From: Klebsormidium nitens
Lineage: Eukaryota; Plantae; Klebsormidiophyceae
Length of the DNA: 50,220 bases
Assembly: GCA_000708835.1 (NCBI GenBank)
Contig: DF237507.1
Span: 1 to 50,220, forward strand
Reading direction: 5' to 3'
Position numbers and translations under genes: made by a program. The notes under the pieces are model-generated. The model searched no databases. It was not told the origin of the DNA and saw only the letters and a list, made by a program, of their open reading frames with translations. Positions 31,544 through 45,200 of this stretch are shown one piece after another. The number at the start of each line of letters is the position of its first letter. Within the stretch, counting starts at the first letter, position 1.

Positions 31544-34500
31544 GTATCACAGAAAACAGCCTGGAGGATGCCGTCGCTCTTCTATCCCTGACCGCGCCTA
31601 AATCATCGTCACAAGATCGTCAAGCACAGGCACCGTCTCTACAGAAGGAAGTAATCAAGAAGCAGAAAACTTCTGAGACTAGAACCCTCCTCGAACTACC
31701 AAACATCGTCCTGGTCGAGGTTCTGAACCACTGTACTGGTGAGCTGACCACTGTATCATTTTCTGGTGATACCTCATATCGGTTTGCCTCTTTGCTTCTG
31801 TTGTTCTCTGCCTGGTTTCCAGAACCTGAGACGACCTGCGCGAATACTCTGGGACTTGGCGGACAAACAAACAAACTTTTGGATTGTTTCTCGCTTCTGC
31901 TCACACACTTTTCTTGAAGAGAGTCTTCGTTGAGGTTCTTCTTTGTTTCAGCTGGATCACCCCGGTGATGAATGCAAAGAAGTCCAGCTCTGAAGATTTG
32001 TCAGAAACGAAAGAACCGACCGCCTGGATGATATCACTGTGGGAATTGTCAGCGACCAAAAGCCCTGTCTTCTGTCTGCTCCGACTTAACAATTGTTTGG
32101 CTCCGATCGAAGATCCTGTCATGGCAGGACGCTGAGCTCTGTGTGTCGTCAACATCTTTCCTGGCACGTGGTCCGAAGGCCAGGCCGTTTGAGTCGCTTT
32201 GGCAACCCTCGCTCACTGCTTTCGTCCACTTCCCGAATGCAGCAAAGTCCCTAGCCGCTCTCGCTATCACCTGCAAGACCCTCGAGCGCGCCGTCGTTCT
32301 CGGGGGGGTCTGGAAGCACCTGTGCTTTCGTGACTTCAGCCCCCAACCGGTGTCCTATTCGTCCGACCGTCCTGGATTCGACTTGCCCCCCCAAGCTTGG
32401 AGCCTAGCTTACCGGGATCTGACGTCATTGAAGAACCTGGGCTGGCGTGAGTGGGACGTCAGCCCGTTGCGCGCGCAAGCGGAGAGATGCCGTGGCAACA
32501 TGGCCCTCTTTGCGAGAAACGCGCCGTTCCCGCGCGTCTGGCATGCCACCGCTGTCTGTAGAAACAAGGTGAGGAGATTTGAGGATCAGGGTGCTTTATT
32601 TAGTCTTTTCGAGGCCGGAGCAGGTGGTGCCTGTACTGGATCTGGCGCTGACGTGCAAATCTTGGGTGTCGCTGATAGGAATGATGCCGATTAACGCCTT
32701 CCGGAAGCTCGTCGTCTTGCTGTTTCCCGGTTCCATTATCTATTCAGCTCAAAGGGTCCATTTTGTCGGTTTCCCTTCGAAAAGGCCCTGCAATCCAATG
32801 CCTACTTCACCTTTCGAAGACTCCGATATGAGCGCACCCGTTGTCCTTTTCCCGCGCCCGTCCTTTTCCAAAACGTCTGTTGGTGTCAAACACTTCACTT
32901 TCTGGACACCCGTCTGAGGCTGGGCTCAGAGAAGTCTTGAAACCGGGCTTTCCAAAACGTTCACCATAAGGCCAAGCAATCTCCGCATAAGCAGGCCAAA
33001 CACTCCGCTTTCCTGAACACCCACTCGTCGTCCATCTAATCAGACACGCTGTTTTGCAGCTCGTGCTGACTGGAGGAATCAAACACTCCGTCGGCATAGA
33101 AGGCACGTTCGTCTTCGACTTCGACTCCAAAGAGTGGACCAAAGTGCGCACCAAACTGCGGCAGCGCTGCGCCGTTGCGCAACCCGGCGACGACCCTTTC
33201 GAGAGCGTCGATTGGGACTTCTCGAGCCGCCAGGGCCACACGATGACCGCCATCAACGGCCACGAGATCGTCGTCCTCTTCGGCAAGCGCGGACTCTCCG
33301 CGGCGGAGAAGGCGCGCGTGGAGAGCGCAGGGGAAGCGCGCGAGCAACAGTACGTTCCCGTCAACGACCCGCGAATCGATGTTTCGAACCTTCTCGACGC
33401 GATCTCCGCCGGGCAGGACGAAGAACTGGACGCGATCTACGCGAGGCAGCCGCACGGCGGGTACTGTCCGAAAGCGCTCCTCTTGGACGTCGACACGTGG
33501 ACGTACGCGGAACTAGAGGCGGAGGGCGTGGCGTTTCGCCGGTCCTGCGGAAGGGGCACACCGCGTGCCTGCACCCGGACGGAAAGTCCGTGATCGTCTT
33601 TGGCGGCCTGACGTCAGACAAGGGGCGGTTTGAGGAGAGTACGGAAAGGGAGTGCGTCAGCACGGCGGACCTGCACGTGCTGGACCAGGAGACGCGAGAC
33701 GGAGAGAGGGTTTGGGTTTGGAAGGAGGTTAACACAACCGGGGGAGCGCCCCACTCGCAGCACGGGCACGGCGCGTGCGTGGTGGGCGACCGCTTGGTGA
33801 TTCTGGGCGGTTATATAGCAAACGAGACGTGGGGGGACTGGCGGGATCACCCGGGCATGAAGGTGAGCGCCAACCAATTGACCTTTTCAAACGATTGAAC
33901 GGATCCCCCGAATCTAAACCCATTCCAATCATAGCTCGACATGATGCTGCATTGCTGCTGTCAAGTTCGTGCTTTGGTGCAGCGGTTGCTGCCTCGTCAT
34001 TTCCTTGTCTAGGTTGCCCCGTAAGACGTACAACTTGGGCCCAAAGTTGCATCAAAATGGTCACTGGAACCCGTGCTAGCTGGCTGTGAAACCGACCTTC
34101 TATTTTACCGACCGCATTTGTCTTGCAAAAGTGAACCGAGGAAAGCGACTCTATCGTGATGATTCTTGACAGCCTTCGTTTCGAGGTTTGTTCCGTGATC
34201 GTTCAGCAACGTACTTCTTCCCGAACCTTCGATTGACCTCGGGTGTTATAACCGTGGTCTCCTATGTTTGTCAAATTACTTATGACTGATTGGCCAAATA
34301 AGGAAAGGAAGCTGATGCAAACAACATATTGACATGCTGCCACCCTTTTCTTTCAGGTCTGGATTCTCGACCTGAAGTCTTTGGAATGGTCCCACCCCCA
34401 GCCAAGCAGCCCGCCCGAACTTCGCTCTTACTTCGGAAGCCTCGTCGCTTTTGGTGATAACGTCGTCATGATTGAGGGGGGCCACAAGATCTGGATGTTC

Positions 34501-34731
34501 AACATGCGGGACTCGACCTGGGGTAAAGTGAAGATCCGGAATCATTGCTTGGTAAAGAGCTTCAACTCGGATAAGAAAGTCTTCTACGGCAGATCCCCAG
34601 TCGTCAGGGTGGGCCACTCGGTTGCGCAGTTTGGGTTCTCGGTATATGTGATGGGAGGAAACGCGGAGAGCAACATTTTCGAGCAGATGGCAGTTCTCGA
34701 CCTCGCAGGCTTTGAGCATAGGCCTCGTTAA
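31544..34731 (+). pseudogene. F-box/kelch-repeat gene with a frameshift; exons 31544-31738, 32243-32568, 33060-33862, 34357-34731; 5' exon unresolved
   Basis: F-box LLELPNIVLVEVLNHCT|AKSLAALAITCKTL...VWKHLCFRDF. Kelch blades RVWHATAV..LVLTGG, RQGHTMT, RKGHTA..VIVFGG, QHGHGACVVGDRLVILGG, RVGHSVA..VYVMGG. The frame switches at the GGCGT-GGCGT duplication (33525-33534). Confidence 0.8.
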
Positions 34732-34898
34732 AAGATGGGGTTTGGTGTGAGAAGTACGTCTAAATGAAGTAAGATAACCGCCAACACCTTCGAGTACATG
34801 GCAGTTCTCCACCCTCACGGGCATTGAGCATATTAGGTTTCGTTAGAGAAGTCTGGTTTTGAAGTACGTCTGACTCAAGTAAGATAACGGCCGACAAC
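34678..34898. repeat. Diverged ~111-bp tandem duplication of the end of the kelch CDS plus its 3' flank
   Basis: TTCGAG..ATGGCAGTTCTC..TTGAGCATA..CGTTA..GAAGTACGTCT..AAGTAAGATAAC occurs at 34678-34788 and again at 34789-34898. Confidence 0.85.
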
Positions 34899-35983
34899 TA
34901 AGTTCAGAAACAAGTGGACTGTACATATACGGAAGTTTGTCAACAACCATCTTGAGATGTCCAGTAGTGAAAGGCGAGTCGGATCGCAGGCTTGCTTCAG
35001 AGCTAGGGTGGTCTCAAAACATGACACGGTAACTTTGGATGGAAGAGCAGATCACAGCTGTATGGAACTTGATGCCTGGTTGCTGTTAGACCTTGTTTTG
35101 CATTGAAGCTGGGCGCACGGGCCTCGGTTTCGCAGTTGCGTAGAATGTAAGGACGAGATGCGCTGTGTATTTGGGCTATTCTTCTTCAGTAGGCCATCAT
35201 TTGAGATTTCATCTTTTGGTTCAGCATGTGTCAGAAGGTGAGGCATCTGGGAGAAACTGTCACTCCTATGTCAATTAATATGAGTTGATTCTCGTGCACC
35301 GCAGGCGCAGCGTATATATCCATATGGCAGCGCCGCATGAATGCTAACATGGGCCGTCCGGTGCATGCAGTGCAGCCAAATGGTTGCTGATCCGGACATA
35401 TCATATAAGCGCGGATGCTTCATCTCGATCCACGTTTGCAATACTTGTCACGCCGCGCGCGGCCTATGGGCTTACATGCGCACGCACAATCTAAGCATTA
35501 GTATGTCCTCTATACGATTCCCAATATTTCGATCTTGTTAACGTTCACTAGCTTCATGCATTTCGAAAATAACTTCGTTGTACGTGGTTGAAGTCCGTGC
35601 AATGCACGCGCACTGCAGCGCTGGCACCTCGGTGAAGGTCCAAGATGGGGCTGATCGCCGAGTTGGTTTCTGTACTTAAAAGCACCCAGCATGTCAGTGT
35701 GGCGTGCAACAGCTAGCTGTCACTGTTAAGATTCCATGCAAAGATCCCTGCTTAGATCAACCTGATCGAAGCATGGAACTGTCCTCCAACAAAATGTTCT
35801 GTGGTCCTGTTCCTAGATCTATATTAGCGGCATAGTGCCAATGTTTACGGCCTATTTTGGCAGGCTGTTCAGTACCGCACTCCGATCTGCTGCACATGAG
35901 CAGGAGATCACTTCAGAATAAGCAATGGATCAATCAAAATCTACGCTTCCAGTTGCAACACCTCCCATGCGCTGTCGGAACCC

Positions 35984-36610
35984 TCAACCAAAGCAGTGCC
36001 CGAATATGCTCTCCTCCTGGTCACGAACTCCCAACCGCCTTCTAATTCGGAGCTTCCTTCCCACCTCCGACCACACATCCCGGCACGTCTTCCCCAATGC
36101 TTCGCAGCGGTTCCTCTCGGGGCGCGCGCTCCCCTCTCCTTCGCTGACGTCACCAACGTCCCCGCTGACCTCGTCCTCGTCCTCGCCGACGTCATCCTCC
36201 GGACCCGGCCGCCTCCCCGCCCGAACAGGCACCACCCAATCCGCGTCAAAGAACGCCCCGTCCCCTCGCTCTCGGTTCTTTCGGCCTTTGCACTTCCCTC
36301 GGGCCTTGCCGCTCACGAGCGACACGTGGCAGCACTTGCTGTGTGCGCGCGCAAAGCCGCACTTCCCCTTATCGAACGACGCGTTCGTGGGCTTCGGACG
36401 GAGCACAAACGCGCCCCAGGTGCGGCGCGGAACCTGGGGGATCCCCCGGACGCCACTGGGGCGTTTCACCGGGCGGAAATTGTCGATGAGGAGGTCGGTG
36501 TGCCATTCTTTGGGCTGCAGCGCGGGGCTCGTGGAACTCCCCCGGGGAGGAAATGGACTGTAGGAAGAAAAAGCGCGGACCCTGCCGTGCTTGACGCCCT
36601 GCCTCCGCAT
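35984..36610 (-). CDS. Paralogue B of the uncharacterised streptophyte family (intact, no intron in this CDS, 208 aa)
   Basis: MRRQGVKHGRVR...PKEWHT...GAFVLRPKPTNASFDKGKCGFARAHSKCCH...KARGKCKG...FFDADWVVPVR followed by an acidic tail. It resembles the land-plant MKREGRQHG...KPTNHS..TGKC....C..CH family as I recall it. Confidence 0.75.
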   Translation of the reverse strand: MRRQGVKHGRVRAFSSYSPFPPRGSSTSPALQPKEWHTDLLIDNFRPVKRPSGVRGIPQVPRRTWGAFVLRPKPTNASFDKGKCGFARAHSKCCHVSLVSGKARGKCKGRKNRERGDGAFFDADWVVPVRAGRRPGPEDDVGEDEDEVSGDVGDVSEGEGSARPERNRCEALGKTCRDVWSEVGRKLRIRRRLGVRDQEESIFGHCFG

Positions 36611-37955
36611 CCTGGACACTGGGGAGCACCAATTCAAGGAACTAATAACTTCGAATTTAGTTACTGCTTTGTTGAGCAAAGAAATGTTGAATCAGCTTTT
36701 GCATCTCGTAACAATTTTAGGCAGCCCTGGGAGATTGTCGTCAAGCACAGGTGCGGGGGAGTCATGGTGGATGAGGTTTCGGTAGAAGGGCCTTCAACGA
36801 CCAACGGTCTTCGTAGCCAAACCCTTTGCCGCACCAGATCAAATAGTAATGCAGCACCGATCGTTTTCCCCTCCTTACGAAGCTAATAACTGGTCATACA
36901 CAAAATCTGCAACATCGCCTCATTGGGTCAATCTCTTCAGATCTGCGCTGAACAATGTGAACAAGCGACTAGGCTTTTTCCTTTGAATTCAAGTTGTTGA
37001 TGGGACCATATATGGCGACCTTTGTAATCCCCTAAGTGATTTGCTGGTTCGAAAAGTTCCTGGGTGCATGCAAGTTTTGACGTCATGACCAGGGCCAATC
37101 GCTCAGTGTTATGATACTCAATTTTTTTTCAGGACAGCTGATCAGTGTTATGGTGATCAGCTCAAGCTTACCCGTCTCTACACAAATGCCGGAAGCTTGT
37201 TCTGCTCTCCAGTTTGCGAATTGCTAGCGGTCCACATCTCACCTTGTAGCAATATTCTTGAGGTTGGCCCTTGCCCGGCTCAGGGAATAGGTCTGGTGAA
37301 AGTCTGCTCTATACACTAGCTTTGGTTAACAGATCCTCCCCTTTGCTTTTCTACATATGCGGCGTCCGTGAGGCACGATTCGCCCCGAATAGAGGGTAGA
37401 AAAAGGCTTGCGCAATCCGAAAAGCAATCCGTTTGATCAATCCGGATAAGCTGTTTGGTGTCTAATCTTTCGAGACTGTTTCTTGAGCAGATTGGAGCGT
37501 ACCCTTGCTCGAGAGTGAAGCAGACGTCGCGGACCGCAGACGTCAAGAGCTTCGGGGGAAGTGACAGTGACGTGACCGATTTATTCCAATCGATTTCGCG
37601 CTGACGACTTCAATTTAGCAGTAAAGTCTTTGGGGGATCCCTCTAACGGAGCCCGGAGGAGGGGATCCCTTCGATGGCGCATATCCAGGCTCGTTGACTG
37701 TAACTGTACGGAACAATTGCGGGCACGGCGCATACGTGTCGATCACGCAACCTGAGGTGAGAGAGCTCGAAGACTGATGATCACGTTACCCACTGCAACT
37801 TAAACGTCTTTTTATGGTAGCTTACTGCCCATGCGGGTTACGAGTGGTGTGCCATGTATCATAAGAACCATCCTTCCCGACTCGGTCCATCTAGCTCTTT
37901 GAACGAGGGTTGATCATTCAACTTCCTGATAGTGACATCTCACACGCATCAGCTC

Positions 37956-39620
37956 CTATTCTGAAAGGCAACTCTCTCGCCTTCTATGTCCAGCGCGGAG
38001 GATGCGCAGCTCCTCTCTACGACGCTTCAACTGCGGCTCTTGAGAAAATAACACTAATAACTTTTTAAGAAGAGCATACAACAGTAACTTCTCAAGCTGT
38101 CGAGCAAGAACGAAACAAGCTGGTGAACCAGATCGGTAGCTGTCGCTTCTAAAGCTCGCCAAAGGTCATCGAATTGTCACAAAGGAAAATACGAAGAGGA
38201 TTTTATAGTCAAACAGGCACAGCTTTCATTACCAAACAATCCCAAGTTTCCATTCAGTTTCCAGGCGTGTCGTCAAGACGAGCCGACTCTGAGGATTTTG
38301 CAGAACGCTGTCAAAGTCCAACGTCATAGATACGTCTGAAAAGTCTGAAAATTTCGATCGCCAGACGCCAGGAACTTTTTAATCATGAGCCGGTCCATAT
38401 TACGGGCCTCGACGGTGATGCTCCATTCTTCAAGGTTTGCAGTTGATCTTTAGAGAAGGGAGCGTACTGGCCCGTAGTGCCAGTGGCTTGGCATCCACAA
38501 AGCCAGCAGTCTAATCTGCCGGTCGCAAGTTAACTCTGACCAGGTCACGCTGTGACTGAGTCGTGGCAAAATTACAACCACTTCTGCAGGTTTACTGAGG
38601 CTGAGAACCAAGGTGGGTGCGAGGGAGACCCGGCAAGTGATTGAGATTCATAAAGGAACGCTGAAACGAACCTGAGTCGTTTTGAATTGGAATGTAATTG
38701 AACAGGGCTAAGTCGATGAATTTCGATCAACAACGTTGTGAGATGCTGCGAAATAGCAACAGGCGTCTTCAATCCGCTGGGACTTCACGAAAAGAGCTGG
38801 CAATCTGATAGAGAGGTGGGGGCTCGTCTCGGCGAGACTGGTCACGATTCCCGTTCTGTCGCAAGCCATTAGTGTCCGTCGAACAACACTACCGGTCTCA
38901 AAAGCAATCATTTCGAAAAACTGCACTCTATAGATTGAATAGTTTTCGGGTTCGTTGCAGTACGAAATTACGTCGCCCAGCCATTGATGCCGTTCCAGGA
39001 CCTTCCGCTTCTTGACTTCTTGCGTCCAGTCTGCCCCTTGATCGGAGTTTCAAGTTGCCAAGCGATTGGCAGAGGCGAAATTCGCGGAAAACTTTCCAGA
39101 TCAGATCAGATCAGACCCTCTATATTTTGGCACCCCGCTTCGTCGCACTCCAGAATATTCATGTCTCTGCCACGTGGCTGGCCGTCCTATGTCACATTCT
39201 TGATCTTCGATCCAATCAAGTCTTTTTTTCTTTTGAGCGACGGCAGAACCTGAATCCGTACTTAGAATACGGCAATACGGGGAAGTCTTAAACCACTGCT
39301 CTGACCTCGCCTCCGCGATTATGCATATCGCCGCGTTTTGCAGGTATTCAGATGCTCTCGATGGCTCAACATCTACCAGATTGAACTCAGAGCCAAGCAG
39401 AGCACACACATTATTCCGTTGGATGGAATCTGGGTCTCTCCGTTCGAATTCCCGGTCATTAATCGCGTCCAATCTTGGAATTGATTATGAACACATACGA
39501 TCGAGTTGGACATATTGAGCGGCTTTTGTCAGGTCAAGGCCCTTTCTGATCTCTTGTCTTAGTTTCCTGAATCTGTGCTCCTCTTTACAAAATGTTCGTT
39601 ATCATAAGTATGGGACTCAG
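37956..39620 (-). pseudogene. Possible decayed intronless coding sequence of unknown origin
   Basis: Protein-like open stretches on the - strand (39472-39101, 38926-38708, about 38450-38350, 38162-37956) separated by isolated stops or frameshifts. No family was recognised. Confidence 0.3.
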
Positions 39621-42231
39621 GACCATGCGATCAAGTTCCTTCCCCTAATTCGCAGGACCGAGAAACCCCTTCCGAATCCTTCGTTCATTGACACAAGGTT
39701 GCACATCTGTCTACTTTCTGCCTACCACTCTGCTGCAGCTCCTTGAAGCTGCTTTGCAAGCAAAAATATCTGGTTTCAAGCCGCGCGAGAACTGCATACG
39801 ATCAGATGCAACGTCTTTAATTTTCCTTTTTCAACTTCCAAAATTGCTTTCCGAGTCCATGCTGCTGTTCAAATTAAAGATACCAAAGGGAAGATAACCT
39901 ATGCGGGTTTATATATGTCATCGGAGATCTGCACATCGTGAGTATATTAACTACGCCAGCTTCATTTTGCTGGCGGCGGGCTGGCCGTGCGGCCGCCGCC
40001 CGCAGTCCCGGGCCGGGCCGGCCGCACGGATGACGTGGAACTTCAGTAGGACTCCGAACAACCCGGCGCTTGAGCCGGGTGTGACTGGTGACTGCAGGCT
40101 GTCGAAGTCGGACTTGGCACAGTAGATAGATAGTACCTAGGATACCGGTAGAGTGCCTCAGGCTCTGCCAATCACAGTGACACAAGCGCCTGGAGTCGCT
40201 AGTCGCTCAGGACCGGGGAGAGAGAGATTCTAGTGCATAAAGTGTCACAGGATTGGGCCCCGAGCACTTTTTGACGGTGGAACAGTGCTGACATCACGTA
40301 CAGGTACGACCTTATCCAAGACCAGGTAATGATTGAACCCGGGCACAACGAGGCAATCGAAAATAACAGTATAGACCCTCGAACTTTAATACAATAAATT
40401 CGATAGCTACAGTTCAGGAGTGGTATAAGCTCCCAACAATTGCAGTAACTGCGGCGAAAACTCAACCCAATATTGTGCCTGCTCCGGACCCGGGCGCACC
40501 CAAAACCCCCAAATTGAAACCCTACCCGTCCCAGGGTGATGGCTCACAATTCCTGCCGCTATTATCTGAGGGTATCAAGTAATATATTGAAATCGACAAT
40601 TTTCGATCTACTGTCGATCTACTGTTCGATCTAATGAAACTTCAGTCCCCCGCCCGGAACTTCCGTGTGCACATCGCAGCCCCGCGGCAATACTACTAGT
40701 ACTACCGAGTCTGTACTGTACAGTGTACGTCGTACCTACGACGCTACTAGGTACTCCGGCAGCCTTCAGAAATTATAGAAATTATCAGCCTGATCAGCTA
40801 GAAAGGAATGCCGGTCCAAGTGTATGGAACTTTAGAAGTAGGAAAGGATGAATGTGATTCACTGATTGCCCACTGATTGTCTAGGCGAGGTAGCAGCTTC
40901 AATACGAGGCTACTACAGTAGCGGCTGCCGCTGGCTTGCTACAATCCCGCTACAATTCGGGCCTCCCCTCAATCAGCAACCTGCAAATTTTTACTTTCTC
41001 CAAGCTGTTCAAGCGCACAAGAACAACTCTGGCACGAAGCTGATTGTTGAGGAGCTTTTGGCTGGCGCTTTCCCAGCTGCTACTTCCAGCTGCAAACCAT
41101 TGCGGTCCGCTTTTTGGCCTCTGGCTGGTTCTGCAGCTACTTATATACAGACGAGAATCGACTGCCTGCATGCATTGTCGCCACTGCAAAAGTCTGCAGT
41201 GGACTGACACACAGTGATTGGGCTATAGGGAAGCACATCCGCGTCATTGCCTGACAGCTGCAGGTTTTGAGTACCAGCTGAAGTGGCGCTGATTGCAGCG
41301 CGGAGTTGTTGTGTTGCGCCAAGCGACGGTGGCGCTGGCGGGATCTGCTAAGGTCAGTTTGTGCACTCAATCTTTGAGCACTTGGTTAGTGACCAGTCGA
41401 TAAATAGAGGGGGGCCTGATCTTTAAAATGTTGGTGCAGCCAGCTCGGATTCTACACAAGGAGATTTTGCAACCAACCCAACCCGGTTAGGGGCATTCCA
41501 TGGGCACTTAACCAGCTTTCTCTGGAAAAAGGGCATCTGACAAAAGCGTAACCAGGTAGCACCTCCCCCTGTGATACAAGTCCCCAGGCAAGGCAACTCC
41601 TTTGTCATAAGCAGTGCAGCTTTCTGGCTTCTCTGAAGCAGCTCAGGACAAAAGTCTTTTCTTTTGGGCTTTGCACATAGGCGCCAATTCATAGGGCGCA
41701 TATCTAGGTAGGTAGGTTGAGTTGGCGGCTAGGCTATGCTATGGCTGATAGGCTATGCTATGCTGTGATGGGCGGACAGGCGGACCCCGTTGGGCTTTTA
41801 GCCAGACCATCAACTTGTGCAGGCATGCCAGTTTGGAATGCACCGAGCTGCTAGTTCCCAAACAGCAGAGTGTACAAGATGATATTGGTTTCTAGCTCAT
41901 GAAGGTCCTTGCCTGGGCCTTTGCTCCAATCTGATGTTTCGTAGGTCCCTTTGTCAGCCACTGTTTGACCAGACGTCGTGGGCCTGCGCCCAGTTACAGA
42001 GAATGACCTGCAGGAATCTTTCCAAAGCTTGCACCTGATTGGCGCAACTTCTTTCTGCGTCACCTATTTCTGAACGAGTCTGAATGAGACTCACAGTTTT
42101 GCGTTTCAAGCACATTCTCTTGGCGGCTCTCCCCCTCCCCACCTTGGCACAGATCGATGCCCTTTCAACGTTCGCTCTCTCGTGCTTGACAGGGCGGTCG
42201 TCGCGCCCTCCTTCCGGATGTGTCCGGCAAA

Positions 42232-45200
42232 ATGAAGCCAGCTTTCGGCCCCCGGACATTGCTCCACCGAATCCGTGGCCGCCTAGTGTTCTTTTTCGTA
42301 GCCCTAGTCCTCGGCTGCATCTGCCTCGTCTCGAATAAGGCTGTCGGCCACCTGTTCTCCATTCCACCCCATTCCACAGCCCCCGAAGCCGCCGACTCGG
42401 GCGACTGGAGCACGTATAAGCACTGCTTCCGGCCGGATCGCTTATCCCCGCGCCGCCCGCGGGCGATTGCCGAGCAGACGCAGTTGTACCACCTCGCGGG
42501 CGCCCAGCTATCCGAGCTCCTCCCGCTGCAAACCGCACACGTCGGGGGGGGGATCCCCTGGTCCGCTGTCACGGAAAAGCACCCCTCGCTGTTGACGCAC
42601 GAGATCGTGCGGGAGTCCAAAGAGACCCCGGCACAGGCCGCCCGCTGGTCCATAAGCACTCCCCCCGAGGCGGACGGTTTTCTGCACGTGCTGGTGGGTA
42701 AATTTCCGTGCGCAGAGCACGGGCTTTGCGCGCTGCCGTGGCTAATCCGCCCGAATTCCACGGACATGCGGTCTCTCTGGAACCACTTCCTGGAGAATGA
42801 GTACGGCCTGCTGCTGGACGCACAGGTGAGGAAGAAGCCGGATTCTCAGTTGCGTCTCATGGGCAGAGATCTGGTTCCTTTGTAGTGGCCAATGGTGCGG
42901 GACTTGGGCGCCGTGCTTTTATTGGTGCCTACAGGTAGCATCACATTGGATTGCAAATGGACGAGACAGTGAGCGTTTCCAGCGAAGAGAGGTCGTTACC
43001 GCTGTTTCATCGTCTTGTCGGAGTCGCTGCCTGCAACCTTAAACTTAATTCCGACCGAAATTCGCCTTAATCCGACTTTCAAGCACCTGTAGTCGAATTA
43101 TGGTTCTGACTGGATATAGGGTGTACTTAACCCAGCTCATCAGGTCGAAGCGCGTAACGTGCACGTCCTCGCTTGTTGACTCGCAGCTCCACTGTGTCCC
43201 CGCTTCGAATCTAGCAACAACACCATGCGTTCTCTCTATGCACGTTCAAGTCTCCCGTCCTACCCTCGCAGCCTTCAATTTAGGCAGACTCAGGAGTGAC
43301 TCGATTATGATGTCGTCGTTCAAGTGACAGGTGCTTTTGAGCGCACACGGGATGCTGATTATTAAACTAACAATATCCAAGGCGCAGAGTGCAACTTTCT
43401 GCGATGCATCCTATGGCCTTCATCGGTTGATTTCTGGACGATGGGATTCCGAGATTGAAGACGGCCGTTAAAAGTGCCTGGCCGTTATGATGATCGTGTA
43501 ACCAGTCTGCCCCCCCCCCTCCGCCGCAGAACTTCGACCCCGAGTACATTCTCGACGCCGGGGGGGTGGGCATGGCCCCCGTCTTCTTCGCACTCCTGTA
43601 CCCCCAGGCGACGATTCTACGACTGGACCCCCACCCGAGCAACTTCCACGTGGGGCTCCTTAACTCCCTCCGGCTGCCCAACATCAAGCAGGTTAACCTC
43701 GGGTTATGGGACAAGGAGACCACGCTGCAAATGTGCGACAACGTGGACATAGAGTGGGGCCCCGACTGGCCGTTCGAGGGGTCGCAGCAGCAGGCGTACT
43801 TCTCCCGAGAGCCCAGTGTGAGTGGACAGAAAGAATATCTGGCTTTTGTCTCAATGCAGGTTCCGAACCAGACACAGAATTTGTCAAACAAAGTCTGAAG
43901 CATGTCTGAAGGTTTTTCTGAATGTTGTCGGACCTGTCTGGAAGGTTGCTCCGGCTGTGGCTGAGACATGATTTATTGATGTCTGAACCAGCCTGATCCC
44001 GGTCTGAAGGTTGTCTCACGGTCGGACAACCGTCAGACAGGAACCAAACGAGGGCTTTCTCTCGGTACCTTTGATTCGCAGGTCGTCGCCCGTCGAAGAA
44101 GGGGCCTGCCCCCGTTTTGCTGGGCTCAGGATCCGCGACTGTTTGTTGTGGGCTCTGTTTGCTGTTATCGGAATCGGGCCTCGAGAGAACTTTCGAAGTT
44201 AAAAAGTTGGTTGTGGTTGTGGTCTTTCCGGACTTTCGAGATTTATCTTGTTGCGTTCTGAGTAGGCCGGACTTCCAAAACCCTGAACGCGTTCAAGAGC
44301 TTATTCTTTACGGATCATAATCTGCTCCTCAGAGAAGCTGGGCTCTCTTGAACTTACAGCTACTTCAAAGCTGTTTGAAGAGGGACCGGATCTGAGCGTT
44401 GCGCGAGATTATGGCTTGTCCAGTCTGAAAACTCGTCCCCTCGCTATATACGGCTGTTTGGGAGAAAACGCTCTACGGATAAAGCTAGGCTCGAGGGTTT
44501 TGAGTACGTCACGCAGCTTGTTTCGGGGCGCTCCAGTTTGTCTTGAGGCGAATCTTTGACAAAGTGGCTGCAAACTTACAAGTGGCTTACCTACGGCTGA
44601 TGAAGGATCTGCTGGAGCACTTCGTGACTCATCGTGACTCTGAGTTCTCAGCCGCCTTCCATTCGAGCCCAGTTTTCGTTTCGTCCGGTTCGAATGATTG
44701 AGTATTCCGTCTTGCAATGGCCCCGGCCATTAGCCGGAGGACTCACGTTTCGGCCGTTCTCAACGACAGTCCCCAAAGAATGGCTTTAAGAGCAGAGGCC
44801 CTTATTACAAAGTCCGGTTTCCAAGATTATTCGCGCTCTAAGAACTGGCCCTGGTGTCAAGATCAGCACAAATCCTTTTTCCTTCCAGAACGGGCGCTGA
44901 GCTTCATGCTCCGTTCCTGTACTGGAAACGGTCTTAAAACGGGTCTCAATCTGCTATCGGTTGATCGATGAATATGAAATCAGATATGAGATTGCCAACA
45001 GATCGAGTTGAAAGTACCAATTCAACGTAGGTTGTTATTGGGCACTACCAATGGCCACCGTCTTGCTAACGAGGAACCCGATCAATCTGTGTAACCATTA
45101 CCTCACCGATGTTACAAGCCGGCCTTTGGTAAGGCAGAATGATTACCTCACCGAAGGTAACGGTTACCCCACAATATGTGTTACCTCACAACTTGTAACA

